DNA from: Raillietiella orientalis | Lineage: Eukaryota | Length of the DNA: 64,000 bases | Assembly (NCBI GenBank): GCA_036172245.1 | Contig: JAYWIR010000042.1 | Coordinates: 1,426,001-1,490,000 of the forward strand | Direction: 5' to 3' | Shown: positions 13,601-26,800 of the stretch, piece by piece | Layout: every line of letters begins with the position of its first letter | Position numbering within the stretch: the stretch's first letter is position 1 | The notes under the pieces: generated by a model | Told to the model about the DNA's origin: nothing | Seen by the model: only the letters and a program-made list of their open reading frames with translations | Database searches by the model: none | Made by a program: the position numbers and the translations under genes

Positions 13601-14499
13601 GCAGAGATTTCTATGATCTGCATCGGATGAGGACACTCTGCCACTTAGCGGCACGGCATCAATCACAAGCATCATGGTCCTCTTTCGCGAAGAGGAGCAG
13701 CGTCTGCAACCCAATGCATAAACTCATGCCACGTTAATTCAACAAGCAGCGCGCACACGTTCGCATGTAAGTGATATGTACACGCAGTGTACACACTAAA
13801 AAGGTCGGCGGGAGTGGAAGAGCGGCGCAACACACCTTGCGCGAAAATGCCATGTCTCGCGAGAATCCTCTGCAGTTCGAGTCTCATCATGCGAATGGGA
13901 TTGCGCGCCACGCATCCCGGTGGGTTGTTCACCCGCGGACTCAAAAATGCGGCGCAACTGCATCAGGCAAAGGAACTGAGAAACTGACATCTTGAATTCA
14001 TCTCATCTCGCAATTTTTGAAGCCTCACTGTCGGCCCCTTTGCTCTGTTGGGTTCTCGTGCTAATCAGAGGGATCGTTGAAGAGAAACCCGAAGATGCTG
14101 GCAACCCAGAAACTTCAAGTTCATACGATAAAGGTCTGGCGGTTATTGTGCCATGCTATCCTATATCTTACAGTAGATTCTTCAGCGTTGAATTATGTCG
14201 GAACTGGTGGTTGGAAGTGTCAGTTGTTGATGGTCTAGATGGCATGTTGATGAGAAATTATCCATTGCATATGTCTTAAAGGCAGGCTCTCGAAACTGCT
14301 TGAAATGTTTCAGCAGCCGTCGTTCCATGACCAAAAAAGTCGACATTCGCCTTTTACAGAGCTCTAACGCTAAGCGGAGATTCAGTTCCAGGGGTTGGCA
14401 GAATCACGTTCCACGGCGTCACAAGTCTGCACTCCCGGATCTTGATTCCTGTCAATGTTACTCGGAAGGCGAAAGAGCAACCATCGATCTTTTCAGATC

Positions 14500-16450
14500 T
14501 GTTTGCTCTTCTTCAATTTTCCAATTTCCTCTCGAGAATAGGTGGAATCAGCCTTGCTCCTTGGCCCAAAACTTCATCAATGCTTTTCCAAAAGCGGCTG
14601 ATGCCTTAGTGTGTGCCTCCGCTCTCTGAAAACGGAGGAAAATAATGGCATTTTCATGTGACCTCTTCTTGAAAGCGTTTCGCCAGGACACGCAATCGTA
14701 AAGCCTCGGAGGAACTTGCCTATGAGATCTTTTTTGGGGGGTTTCTTTTCCTGCCTCCATTGTGGTTTCCTTACTTTATCAATATCTCCTTGGGAAAAAA
14801 ATCGAGAAGAGTCTGTACAATCTGTTGCAGTCCTTCAGCTTCACACGGTAGCGGGAAGAATACGAAACTTGTCCAGGGCTCTCCTGGAGTTTTTAGTGAA
14901 CTGAATCAAAAGAGAAACCTCCGCAACAAATTGTTTGATAGAAGCTTTGCTTGACACCATCGCATTCTGCCGTTTCAGCCGTGCCATGCCCCACAGCAGC
15001 TGTCCGACGGTTCGTCTGCTTCCTTGATCACAATTAAAACCTCGAAGCCAGGTAAGTATGGCTCCTTTGCTACAAAGGGTGGAGTGACCCATCCTCAACA
15101 GCGTCGAGCTGGTGGTCGAAAGGGCAACGATACGAACAATGAAGCGGAGCTTAGAAACTTCCGAAGAACAAGATAGATCCCTGAACAAGATATCTCGTCC
15201 GTCCAGATTGATTGTGGGGAAGAACAAGGTAGCGCAGCAAGAGCACGGGTCAGCAAAAGCATTTCCGAGCATAATTTCAATAATACGAAGCTTCAAGATG
15301 AGGAAGGAAACCCGAATGGCAACCGTTTGCCGAGCAGAATGACGTCATTTTGCTGAAGTTTTCAAATTGAATTCAGACATTAGCTGCTGAGAAAGTTTCC
15401 AGTTGAACTGGAATTCTTCTGAGCAGCAGTCGACCCTCGTTTTCCTTTCATTTGTAGGAAAGCGTTGGTTTTTAAATATCCTTAGCCAAATAATGTCGAG
15501 TACTAGAAAGCTAGGATGTGTTGCCAGGGGGAAGGAGACAAAGGTTTTCGTCCTCGGCTGGGGTATGATCATGAAAACGATCTCCTGGGAGCAAAGTAGG
15601 ATAGCTTGAGAAGTTAAACAAATTCCGTCCATCTTTCTCCGGTGTCCAGATGTGGAGCTGACCGGGACACGATTTTTTCGATTTTTGTTTTTCGTGGGGA
15701 AACTAGCCCTGTACGCTTTCAGATGATGTGAATTTGCCCACGTAACTAAGGCAGAAAGTGTCCAAGGAATTCCACTTGTAGGCGCATGAGAAATGCCTCT
15801 AGGAATGCCATGCGAGCTCGCACGCTTCTTTCTCGTTTAGCAAAAGGTGACCATCAAGGGTGAAAATCCAAAGTTTCGATTGGATGCTTCCTCCTTTTGA
15901 GACAACGTCCGTATGATGATTCCCTACCTAACTCTCATCCTTGGAAGAAGCATCAGCACCTTGGAGAAAGGAGGGGATTCAGCAAGAATCCAGTGATCGT
16001 TCCAACGAATTTAGCATTGAATTCCCGTCATTCTGCTCCAAACAGTAGCATCACAAGAGAAAGATGTGGATTCACAACCGGATTCTGGTTTGGAACTTTG
16101 CGCATGCCGTTGCGGCACAGTTCGTTTCCCTTCAGGAACACATCAATTTCCTATAAACACTCTCAGATGTGCTGCTTCAGAGATGTGGTTCTTTCAACTT
16201 TGCGATCAGATAGGAAGGGCAGCGAAGCTCGGTATCCTGCCGCCAGCCGAAGATTACGGGTCACTTCTCCGTCATCCGGGAGACAGTCTGGATAACAGGA
16301 TCACGAGGCATCTGACAGCCTCGACGAACCAAATTCCACAGGCAATCGCTCTCCTCTTTCCTAGGGAGCACATCCTAGATAACGAAGGTTTTTCGGAAAC
16401 CTTTGATCGTTGCATATTTGGATCGTTCCTCGAGGTTTTCGGGAGAAGAC
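14500..16450 (-). mobile_element. Decayed Penelope-like RT remnant
   Basis: Ordered minus-strand motifs: NGMRKVPNQNPVVNP at about 16100 (cf. YGLPKIHK..PLRP), HGIPRGISHAP at about 15800 (cf. GLPMGSPLSP), RKMDGI at about 15630 (cf. RYVDDI), SFLVLDII at about 15500 (cf. LPFLDV). Boundaries are approximate. Confidence 0.35.
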
Positions 16451-16732
16451 CTCTAATTGATTCTTACCAGCGTCATATTACTCAGATGTTTCGTCGGAGG
16501 AGGCGAAGTCTGCTGTAATGAGAGCGAAGCTCAGCATGTTTTTTTTTTTTTTTTTCGATGTCGCACGCCCACATGGGGCAGCACGAATGTTCCTACCGGG
16601 ATCTTCCCAGTTGCATCAGCTCTCTCGCCTTCTCGCTGAGTCTCTGCAGGAAGCTTGCCTCCACTCTGTCAGGCGGAACCTCTTCCTCGGAGACAGAGCG
16701 AGCCAAAGCAGCGGCTCCGATCCTCAATCAGG

Positions 16733-16845
16733 ATGAAGATTACCAATAGAAGAACTTTTTTCCTACTGGAAATGTTTATCTGCTTGTATGAAACGATATG
16801 TGAAGAAAGGCACATCAACGGCAGAAGCAGTGAGGCTTCTTCCAG
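16733..16845 (+). CDS. Putative first (signal-peptide) exon of the fibrillin gene
   Basis: ATG-initiated MKITNRRTFFLLEMFICLYETICEE.. has a basic N-terminus and a moderately hydrophobic stretch. It ends at a consensus CAG|GTAAGT donor in phase 2, which matches the acceptor phase at 20843. Confidence 0.4.
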
Positions 16846-17889
16846 GTAAGTATCTGTTTCCTTTAAGAGTGAGGATTTTCACGCGCGGGACAAACGCTCT
16901 CGGACAAATGCTTTCTCGATCCCGGCTCATGGCTTCCGGTTACTGCTCTTATTTTGGAGTCCCGTTTCCACGTGAGCAACCACGTGCTCCTGTGTGGGGT
17001 TCAAGGGAGTTTTTTTTTTTTTTTTTTTTTTTTTTACAGAAATGCTCCATATGCATGTCGCTTAAAGTGAGAATCGATGCCATGTCACCACGCAGCAACA
17101 CGGTTGCTGGGTGCTGCTACGTGAGGAAAGGTCATTTGTGTTTTCCTATGAGCTCGTTTTCATCGGTCACCCTCACTTTAGAGCGACTGATCCGTTTGCT
17201 CTTATGTTGACGGCGTTTGCCTGTTTGTGTCACGGTCACCTTCCCAAACGGAAATGTGTTCAAGACCGCAAACCCTTCCCTCTTCCGCCTTGCTTGAGGA
17301 AATCTGCTATGCGGTGCGGTTTCCGTTTCCGTCAAAGCTCGCAGGACACGTGGTCACAGCAGGGGGGGCTCGATTTAGGCTTTGAGAAAAGTTCTCTCCC
17401 CTCCCTCCAAACGAACGAGCTCGAGATCCTCTTCAGTTGGCATTCTGCGTTTCTTGCAGAAGGGCGATTCTAAACCTGAAGCGGCGGTCAGATCAGATGG
17501 TACTGTGGGTAACTTTATCTTGAACTTCACAAACTCCACCCAGCACGCACGACCGAGTGAGTCGGTTTCGCAGTTTATGTCTCGGGTCCTTGCTTTGAGC
17601 TTTTGAGACCTCGATCGGTCATCTCGTTATCGGAGGAGGTAACGAATTCTGTAGCCTCCATCGATAGCAGTCTGAAAGCTACGCAATACAATGGCCACGG
17701 ACGGGTAAAAACGACGTTGCTACGGTTATTATTGAAAGGTAGGAACGGATCTTTCTCTTTTTTGAAGCCCAAAGAAGAATCCAAGAGGCAGAAGCAGAAT
17801 AATTCTTTGGAAAATGGAGAAGCAGGATGCAGAAACAGCCATCCCTGTATGAATACTCGGAAATACCCAGAAACCGACACATCTTGCCG

Positions 17890-18390
17890 GGACTGACCCT
17901 CTGGAGTAATTCCAGGAATCAAGGAGCCGGTTCGCTCCGAGGTTCCCCTCTGGTGGTGAAAACGGAGCGGTCCATCTCGTACCATGGAATTTGCTGACAC
18001 CCTCAGGGGCTGCCTCCAGAGTGTGAGAAGCACTCGTCCTCGGGGAACGCCCTTCAGGGAAATCTGGAAGCGTCCCTTTGGTGTTCTCTTCAGAGGAGCA
18101 AACGGGAGTTCCCTTCGTAGAAGAAATGAGGAGCAGACCTTCTCCGGAGAGAATAGGGAAGAGGTTCCCTTCGGGGTTCTTTCGCGAGCGTAAGAAGAAT
18201 GAACTGCTTCTTCCGGAGCCCACCTGGATTCATAGGGTGGTCCCCACGGGGCTGTCCCCTAACTTAAAGAGTTACACGCGCCCTCGGGTGGTGTGGATGG
18301 TGCATCAAGAGCTGCATGACCTCTCCTTAAGGAGGCGAAACGATTCCTCAGCACTTGGTGAACAAAAAAAAAAGGAAGAAAAAAAAAACT
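17890..18390 (+). repeat. Dispersed repeat, about 500 bp, copy 1 (A-rich end)
   Basis: cgtaagaagaatgaactgcttcttccggagccc..aacttaaagagttacacgcgccctc aligns with the reverse complement of 54030-54135. It ends in the A-rich tract 18361-18390. Confidence 0.7.
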
Positions 18391-19569
18391 GGAAGGAAAA
18401 GCAGTGAAGGCAGAAAGAACCTCTAAGGGCTTCCATCGTCTGGAATGCGTCTACTGCATCTGCTAGTGGATGACTATTCCCTAAAGGCACCTGATTGGAG
18501 TGATTTTTACGTTTTGCGATTCCTGCTTCGGATTCCAAAAAATCACTAGGAAGGGAAAGCCCGGAACTTTGAGGGGCGTCTCCGTCGTTTGCCAGATTCT
18601 TCGAAAGTGCCTTCTAAGCAACTCAACTAGTTACTCAACTGGGGCTCCACGATCCTCGTTTCCTGCACACACCGGCTATTGCTAGCCCTTGCACACCAGC
18701 AGGATCTTCCCCCCTTCTACAGGAAGCATGCTTGTGGAATGGAGCGGCGCCTCACCCACTTTCCAAACTCTCCAGATGCCTCCACAAGTTCCGAGATCCT
18801 CAGGGTGGAAATCATCGGTTGGAGAGGAAAGTAGGACTGGGATGCCCTTCCTCCAAACCCCAGCGTGATTCGGGAGGGGAGATGGCTGTGGTTTCCGGAG
18901 TCACTGCCGAGGGAGTCGAAGTTTAGGAGCGCTCCCGGGGTTCCTGGACCACTTGGCGTTCGTTTCCCGAGGAGAGTCGTGTGGGAATACCTTGACTTGC
19001 AAGTCCAGGGAGGACTGGACTTTTTCAGGAACGCTTCCGACCGCTGCGCACCACGAGCTGAAGGGGGCACCTCTAAAAGATGCCTGGAGAATCGGGATTG
19101 AAACTCAGCGGGCCCCCACCTGCTGGGATTTCTGGGAACAGGAAACCGGGAGAGGCTTTTCTTTTCCTCGTTTTCAACTGAAATTGGGTTTAGAGGTTCT
19201 TGAAGGGATGATGGCGGGTCGGTCACCTGGTGCTACGACGACTGCGGAGGTAGAAGCTCCCGCTTGCCCTTCATGGGATTCCTGTGGAGTCAAGTGAGGA
19301 GGAAGAGGAAGAAGAGCAGCTTCTCGACCTGCCGTTTAGGACAGGAGATGTCACGAGCTGTGAGGATGCAAGTGGTTCTAATACAGGAGGCTGTTTGTGG
19401 AGTCGTAGTGTAAGTCGATGGTGCAGGAGCACCGATGCTGCTCACGGGAAAGGGGCCGCCGGAGGTAAGTGATTGGAGGAGAGCGGACAGCAAAGAAGGG
19501 AGGTGCCGTCGGAGGGGATGGATCAGCAAGATGGAATGAAAACGGCAGATCCCTTCCTTGGATCTCCCT

Positions 19570-20110
19570 TTCTTTCTTTTTTTGGTTCGCCAAGTACTGA
19601 AGAACCGTTCGACTGGGGGCGCGCGAAGTTCTTTCGAGCGGTTCCAAACACTCCAAGGATGTGTTACCTCTTTCAATTATAGGGATCATTCCGGAAGGGG
19701 ATTCAGGAAAGGCTCCGAAGAGAGGGTCTGTTCCTCTGACGCCTGGGGAGGGGAACCTCGAAAAGGACACTTCTCGCCCTGGTTGTTTCCCAAGGGAACC
19801 CGGAAGGGAACCATCTCTTCCTTATTCCCTCTGGAGAGACACCCCCGGAGAGAATAAGTCGCTCCTTGTTTCTTGTCCGAAGGGAACCCGCGAGAAAATC
19901 GCTCCCTGTTCTTTCCTCTGAAGAGAACCCCGAAGAAACGCTTTCAAAATTTTCTCTGGAGGGTCTCTCCCCGAACGGAGCAGCGCGCTTCCTCACACTG
20001 AAGAGGTATCGATCCACGCTCTCCATGATACGAGGTGGACGGCACAACCGGAGGGGAACCTCAAAGGGCTCCTTGATGTTCTGGAAGGACTCCGGAGGGT
20101 CGAATTCCAA
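19570..20110 (-). repeat. Dispersed repeat copy 2, inverted relative to copy 1
   Basis: ttggttcgccaagtactgaagaaccgt (about 19581) matches ttggttcgacaagtgctgaagaaccgt (about 53956). ggctccttgatgttctggaaggactccggagggtc (about 20067) matches the corresponding ends of copies 1 and 3. Confidence 0.65.
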
Positions 20111-20842
20111 TCCCAACCACTCATGAGGGTCTCCGGCTTCCACCGGTACCTCACCCAAAGCGTACAGGCCAAATAGCATCATCCTACGGAGGAGACTCGA
20201 AACCCACGACACCCCTCCCCTCCCCTTCCTTTCCATTTTTTGCTTAGCCCTGGGTAAGATTCGAGCCTGCGACACTCGGTGCCACTCGCTCGGAGGCCGC
20301 AGTCGCACGGCCGCCAACGCGGACCGAGAAATCCAGAGTTCTTGGATCTCGAGGAACGCATCCCGCTCACCAGATCCGCCGGATGCGCGCCCTTCCATTC
20401 ACCCCTTCCCGTTCTGGCTGCATGCACCGCGGAAGGAGCATCCTCAAGAGGAAGGAGAGTTGCCGGAGGCTCATTGACGGGCTCGTTGAGGATTCCGTTC
20501 CTCGTGGGATGCGCATGGGGGTTTTGGTTCGGATCGTTCGAGAAGGAAATAGGGCACCTGGTACAGCCTCGCGCCGGCAACAAGGGCTTCCCTCGCATTT
20601 GGAGCAGAATCACGGACAATCAGGGATCCGATCCATTGTCACGGAAACTTCGGGCGAGATCCTCTCCCACTTCTCTCTCCCTCCTTCTCCTCCTCCGCTC
20701 TCGACTCGCCGAAGAACTGCTTTCCAGTTCCAACCAGTCTCTAGGAGTAGATCGATCTGAAATAGTTGAAGGCGGGGGGGGGGAGAGACGCGTGATTTCC
20801 GGTCGTTCTCGGATCCTCAGCCATCCTCCTCTTCCGTTTCAG

Positions 20843-23800
20843 GTCAAGTGCTTGCAACTTTTCCGACGGGAGATGCTGTCCCGGATGGAGGTCGGAAGAT
20901 GAAATCAAGCAGTGCGTCCTCTGTGAGTAGAGCTAGTAGTAGATTCCGCAAAAAGCAGGAATGCTGCTGGATGGAAACGGTCTCCTGGGGACGCGAGACG
21001 AGGCAGGAGAGACCCCGGACAGAGCCCGGAAACCGAAAACAAAGGACGTGCGCCGCTCTCCACACGGTCCCCAAGTTGGGAGCCCTGCCGCTTTCGATTC
21101 CCGGGAGCACTTGCAGTCCCAGGATCCATTGGCCCGCGTGCCCGCGTTCAGACAAGCCGAAAAGCTCGCTCCTGCGCGCGCCTCTTCGTGTTGCTCCGCA
21201 GCCCGTGCGCCGCGCAATGGCATCCGTCTCCCGTGGCCATTCAACAGGGAGCCCCCTTCCGCTAAGGGACGTTCCGCATTGTAGCAACTTCGTGACCGTC
21301 GTCTTTGCCCCCTAAGGGTGGGAGCGCGACCGCGAGTTTCCGATCCTGATCTCCTGAAAAAGCCTCGCCCCTTCATCACAATCTTCCCCATCCTCCCACT
21401 CACCCCTTTTGAGTTCCTGATTCCCTCCTCATACAAAACGCAAGGAAGAGCGACAAAACAACGCGCCCTCCAAACGACGGGAGCGGAGCCAACGCTTCCC
21501 GCTTGCTCGAAGGGAGCGGCATGAATTCGTAGCCGTCCTGGCCGGAAATCCCACACTTTGGACCTCAGACGAAAAAGTCGAGCCACTGGAGGACAGTCGC
21601 TTCTGGAACCGCATGGTCATTCTTCCTGTGGTATTCCCATGGTCGTCGCTTTCCAAATGGCACGGATTCGCCTTTGAGGTGCTCTCTTGGTTAGTAATTT
21701 CAGGGCCATGCATCCTGTGGTCGTCTGTTCTACCATGTCTTCCTGGTCATTCCTCGACCACCTTCACAGAGCCTACCATCTCGGTTGCCAACCACCACCT
21801 AATGCAGCTCCACAGTTTGTTTGCTTAGTTTATGGTGCGTCTTTCTGGGTAAACCAAGGTACCCAGAAAGACGGTAGCATCTCCGTGCCTCTTCGATGCC
21901 ACCCTCACCGCCTAAGGGGGCGCGAATTTCCTCAGTACTTGGCGAGCCACCTTGTAGTTACGCTGAGGAGGGAATTCTCCCACGGCATCATTCTTTCCTC
22001 TCCTTCCTTCAACCTCGTTCCGGTCCCGTTGCATCCTCTTGTGTCGTTCAAGGGAGTGACGGCTGCGAGGACGCCTGCACTCATGGAGGAACCTGCAAGG
22101 ACGGACGCTGTGTGTGTCTTCGGGGCTACGCAGGACCCCTGTGCGAGACACGTAGGCACCCTCCCTGCTCCGATGGGAGCAGGGTCCTCCCTCTCCCTCC
22201 TCTGCAATGCTTGAGGGAGAGTCCCCGCCTCTGAGCAGTTGGTCATTTCTGACGCCGCATTCCCCCTTTCAGCTGTCTGCCGCTTCCCTTGCCTCAACGG
22301 AGGAAGATGCGTCGGGCCGAATCGCTGCGCCTGCTCGCACGGATTTGGAGGGAGGAGGTGTGGACGAGGTAGGACACATTCGCTGTGGTCTAACGAGGAG
22401 AAGAGGGAGGGCGGGAAAGGAAGCGAGCAACCCGAAGCGGCCACCTCCCCTTTGCTAAAAACTTTGGGAGATGTTTCTTTTCCTTTGGGGGAACGAACTC
22501 CAGTGAATTTAGTGAGGGTGATGGGGTCCTCGATTTTCGAGAAGTCCGGAGGAGGAAGGAAGGAATGGAGAGTGATAGCGTTTTGGGGATTCCCGAACTT
22601 CTTTTGCGGGAGGAAGATCCCGCCACAGGGGCCGTATGCTTGTGACCAAAAGTCGTGGAAGCTGAGACTCTAGGAGTGACTTGGAACTTCTTTCACAGAG
22701 AGGGGGAAGGAAAAGAGGACTCTGGAGACTTCGACTCCTCTCTCCCCCCCCCCCTCTTATCCACCACCCGTTGTTAGGACGTCCTGCCTGCTCTCGAGGT
22801 GTCTGTTCCTCTCGAATTCATCACCAGCAGGCGAAGAGTTTTTGTCCGACTCTCCTTTCTTTGCCCTCTCCCCATTGCACCACCCTCCACCTCTCTTTCT
22901 CCCTAGATTTCCGCATGGGACCCTGCTTCCCTGAGTTAGAAAATGGTCAGTGCATGGAACCGATCCCAGAGCTGATCTGCACCAGGCAGCTCTGCTGCAG
23001 CACCGTGGGGAGGGCCTGGGGTCATTCATGCGAAGGATGCCCCAAAAAGCTGGAGTGCAAGAAGGGCTTTCTCAGGGACGCCAGCACCGATCGCTGCACA
23101 GGTGAGCGCTTCCTCGATCTGCCACGAGGGGGAGACGAGACGCGGGAGAGGAAGGCGAGGAGGGCACGAGCATCGAGGTGCCTGCCAGCAAGATGGGGAT
23201 CCTCCTCATCGAGTAGTAGCTCTGCCTGCACCTTCTTGCTGCTGCTGTTGCTGCTGCAGGTGGAGGAGGAACACGTCCCACAGGCACGCAGATTCCTGCG
23301 CTGGGATTCCGCCGCAGCTAGGACGACCTTCCGAACCTCCCCGCTCCGAGCATCCGATAATCCCCGTCTTCGCACGCAGCGTTCTGTGCCTCCTTCGTTC
23401 CAAACGCAGCTACCTTCGTTTTCTGATCTCTAAACCCTGTTTTGTTCCCGTTGATCTGTTCCAGACGTGGACGAGTGCGCGATCATCCCTGACGTGTGTG
23501 GGAATGCCCTCTGCATCAACACTGTGGGTTCCTTCGTCTGCAAGTGCCCTCCGGGAGCGGCGTGGGACGAAACTGACGACAAATGTCGGGAAAGAGATCC
23601 CTGTGGCGACGACACACACCTGTGCGACAACGGAAAATGCGTTTCCTCGCCGGATGGGTATCGGTGCTCCTGCAACCCTGGATTCAACCCTTCTCCAGAT
23701 GGAAAGGCGTGTCTCGGTACGGACTGTTAGATACCCTCGTGGTCTTATTTCCTTGGTCCTTCTTGTGGGACGCTTCCGTCCCTTGGGTGCCTCGCGGGTG

Positions 23801-26800
23801 ACCTTCCTTCAGCTTCTTCGAAGAGATCCAAGAGATGCCGAGAACTCCTTCGTGTCAATTCTTCAGCCGAGAGACCCACAGGGGTCAACGTAGGCTTTTG
23901 CCGTCCAATACAATGATTGGATCCAGACCAAGTAATTTTTGGGGAAAGGAGATGAGAAAACGGAATGCTGCGTCTTTTCGATTGTCGCATTCTCTTGATG
24001 TTTCCTCGTAGATGCAGTCTTCTTGCCTTTTACATTCTTGGAATTCGAAGGATATCTTCATCCTCGATAGAGGGTGAAGTCCCTTCTTGAAAACATATCG
24101 CAGGAAGTCTTCGAAATCTTCAAGAAAGATCTGGGAAAGCTGAATCCTTGAATCCCTTCTGCTTTGCTTGATCGCGCTCCGCAACCGAGATCAGATCTAT
24201 CAGATCGAAGCATCTTAGACATCGCTGCTTGAATCTTTTCCGCCGTCGTCTGTTGTCTTTCTTCGATCGTAGTGCACCAATTCTGTCTTTGCAGTCGTCT
24301 GCTGACCGTGGCTGCGGGAAGCAGACATCAGAGATCCATGTTTTCCGGGTTCCACCCGTTTGTTTCTTCGTTTGGGCAGGCTGCACTGCCATCAGAGCTA
24401 TAGATGTGGGCGTTTCCTTTCAGGGAGCACCGTAGGTTTGTGGGATGGAAAGCTTCGCTCTTGGGATGGTCGATGAACGGAAACGTCCGTATGAAAAGCA
24501 GGTGTTTCTTTGCAGAGGCGAGGAAGGGCTCCTGCTATTCTGCCATCGTATCCATCGGACAGTGCGACCAGCCTATGCCTCAACCACAGACCTTTCGTGA
24601 TTGTTGCTGTGGACAAAGTAACGGAAAAGCATGGGGGGAATCCTGTCTCCCATGCCCCACGAGACATTCACGTAGGGATTTCATTATTTCTCTAGGAAAA
24701 TGGGGGATCATTGCGCTCAGAAGTAAAAGAAGATGCCCTTTCGTCCTCATTTTCAGGTACTTTCTTAAACCTCTGCGGAGAAGCAGAAGAGCTGAAGATG
24801 TGTTCATCTCGCAACGAAGTTTGCGGCCCCCACAGCCACTGTGTCGAAAATTCCAATGGAAGGTACAGCTGCTTATGCGACCCTGGGTACACGACCGGTC
24901 AGTTCGGTGGATGCGAAGGTAAATTGCCGCTCCTCTTTCGTATGAACGAAGATTCTGTGTCTGTTGAGGCGTCGAAGAGTGAATGCCCTTTTTCTCGTCT
25001 CCATGAAGTATCGGCGGAAAAGCGTCGTTTTCTTCCATTGGCTGGCAGGACTTTTTGCCCGTTTCGGGGAATTCGTCTCGGTTCTACAGGATGCTTTCGT
25101 TCATCTTTAACAAATTTGCAAGAAACTACATGTCGCGGAAAGAGGAAAGCCATTCTCACTGATAGTATGCTGTGGCAACCATAAAAACCATGAACGTGCA
25201 ACCCATAAAAGGCTGGACGGCGAAATTAAGGCTCGATGAATGGTTGAAAAATGGGAAGCAGTGGGAAATGGAGGGAGGGAAAGACAGAAAGAGCTCCTGT
25301 ACATCCTGCTATCTTTGAATCGTATGCCTGAAGACTTCGAGTCTGGTTGTGCTGGCAACACTGTACCGAAACGGACAGGCAGATATGAACGAAACGCGAT
25401 TAATCGAATGAACCTGATGAAGGAACGATTTACAACCTGTAGTATCGCGATACGGCTGCAGCAGTGGGAAAGGAATCCCTTACGCGATAAGACGATGTCG
25501 GTAAGGCGACGACGGGTCGAGCATCGCTGCGTGCAAAGGAGGAATCCAAAATTTCCTGCGGGCTTTATGGGACAGAAATCCCATTCCGGGGAAGGATGTC
25601 CATGAAGGAAGTGAACGAGCAGATGCTGAAAGTGTAGAACAAGAACAACAGCTACTTCGTGGAGTGGATCTCCAACAACGTCAAGACCGCCGTGTGCGAC
25701 ATCTCCCCCAGAGGGTTGAAGATATCGGCGACCTTCATCGGCAACAAGACGGTCATCATGGAACTCTTCAAGCGGATCATCGAGCAGTTCACCGCCATGT
25801 TTGGGAGGAAGGTCTTCTTCCTGAAAGTGGCGGTGCACTAAGAAGGCGTGGACGAGATGGAGTTCACGGAGGCCGAGGGCAGCGTGAACGACCTCATCGG
25901 GGAGTACCAACAATACCAGGACTCCTCTGCAGAGCCGGAGGGAGAGTTTGACGAAAGGGAGGAGACAGAAGCATAGGCGCGCAAAGCGGGGCGCTCGGAA
26001 GCAAATTCCGGCGCTGCGTGGAGCGATCACGGCAGCGGCGTTCATCCTCCCCATTCACCCAATCCTCTGTCTGCAGTCGTCTCCTTCGGCGTTCCTGGAT
26101 ACGGAAATACAGAGAAACCGGGTGTCATCTCAGTGCCATCTTGGTGCTCACGAAATGATGGCGGCAGGATGTTTCAAACAGCAGTTACATCGGAGGCGTA
26201 GTAATGCAAATACGCAACGGGGTGGTCACGCGAAGCGCACGGGGGCCTCCTGAACGGGAGAAGATGACCGCGCTTTGTCGGCGGTGCTAACCCGAATTGC
26301 CGGAGGACACATGGAAAACAGCGACATCTGCTCACGGTGGTTCTGGGCTCCGAGCAGCAAAGCGCTTCCCTTTCGGAAGGCCCTTTTTTTTGTTGTTTTC
26401 TTGGCTTCAGAGCTTCCAACTTTTCAATCCCTGCTCCAAGTGGACGAAGTGCTGACAGACGTGTGGTATCTCTGAGGAAGTGCGGCATGGAAAGCAAGGC
26501 GGACGTTAGAGGAGAAACGGAAAGATGCCCTTGACTAAACCCGATTCGAGAGTGAGGCTTCTTTGCGGCAAGTCGCTTTGCTCTTGTTCCGGTTACGGCT
26601 CGGAGCCCTCAAAGATTCGCCTGGAAAAGCAGCCAATGCGCTGGGATTTTGGAGACCCTGCCATCTCGTGTGGAAGGATCTAACGAGGATCAGTGCGCCT
26701 CGCGAGAAGGGAACAAGAGAGCAGGGGGGGGGGGGAGAGGGGCAAGAAAGGAAGACAAAAGGGAAAGCCTTGAGAAGAGATGTTAGTTAGGAACCCCGAG

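Noticed and set aside
19340..19464. Cys-containing segment with AG and GTAAGT borders as a possible fibrillin exon
   Set aside because: Phases do not fit the neighbouring exons and it lacks EGF cysteine spacing.
25107..26054. 315-aa minus-strand ORF
   Set aside because: Antisense shadow of the GC3-rich tubulin pseudogene.
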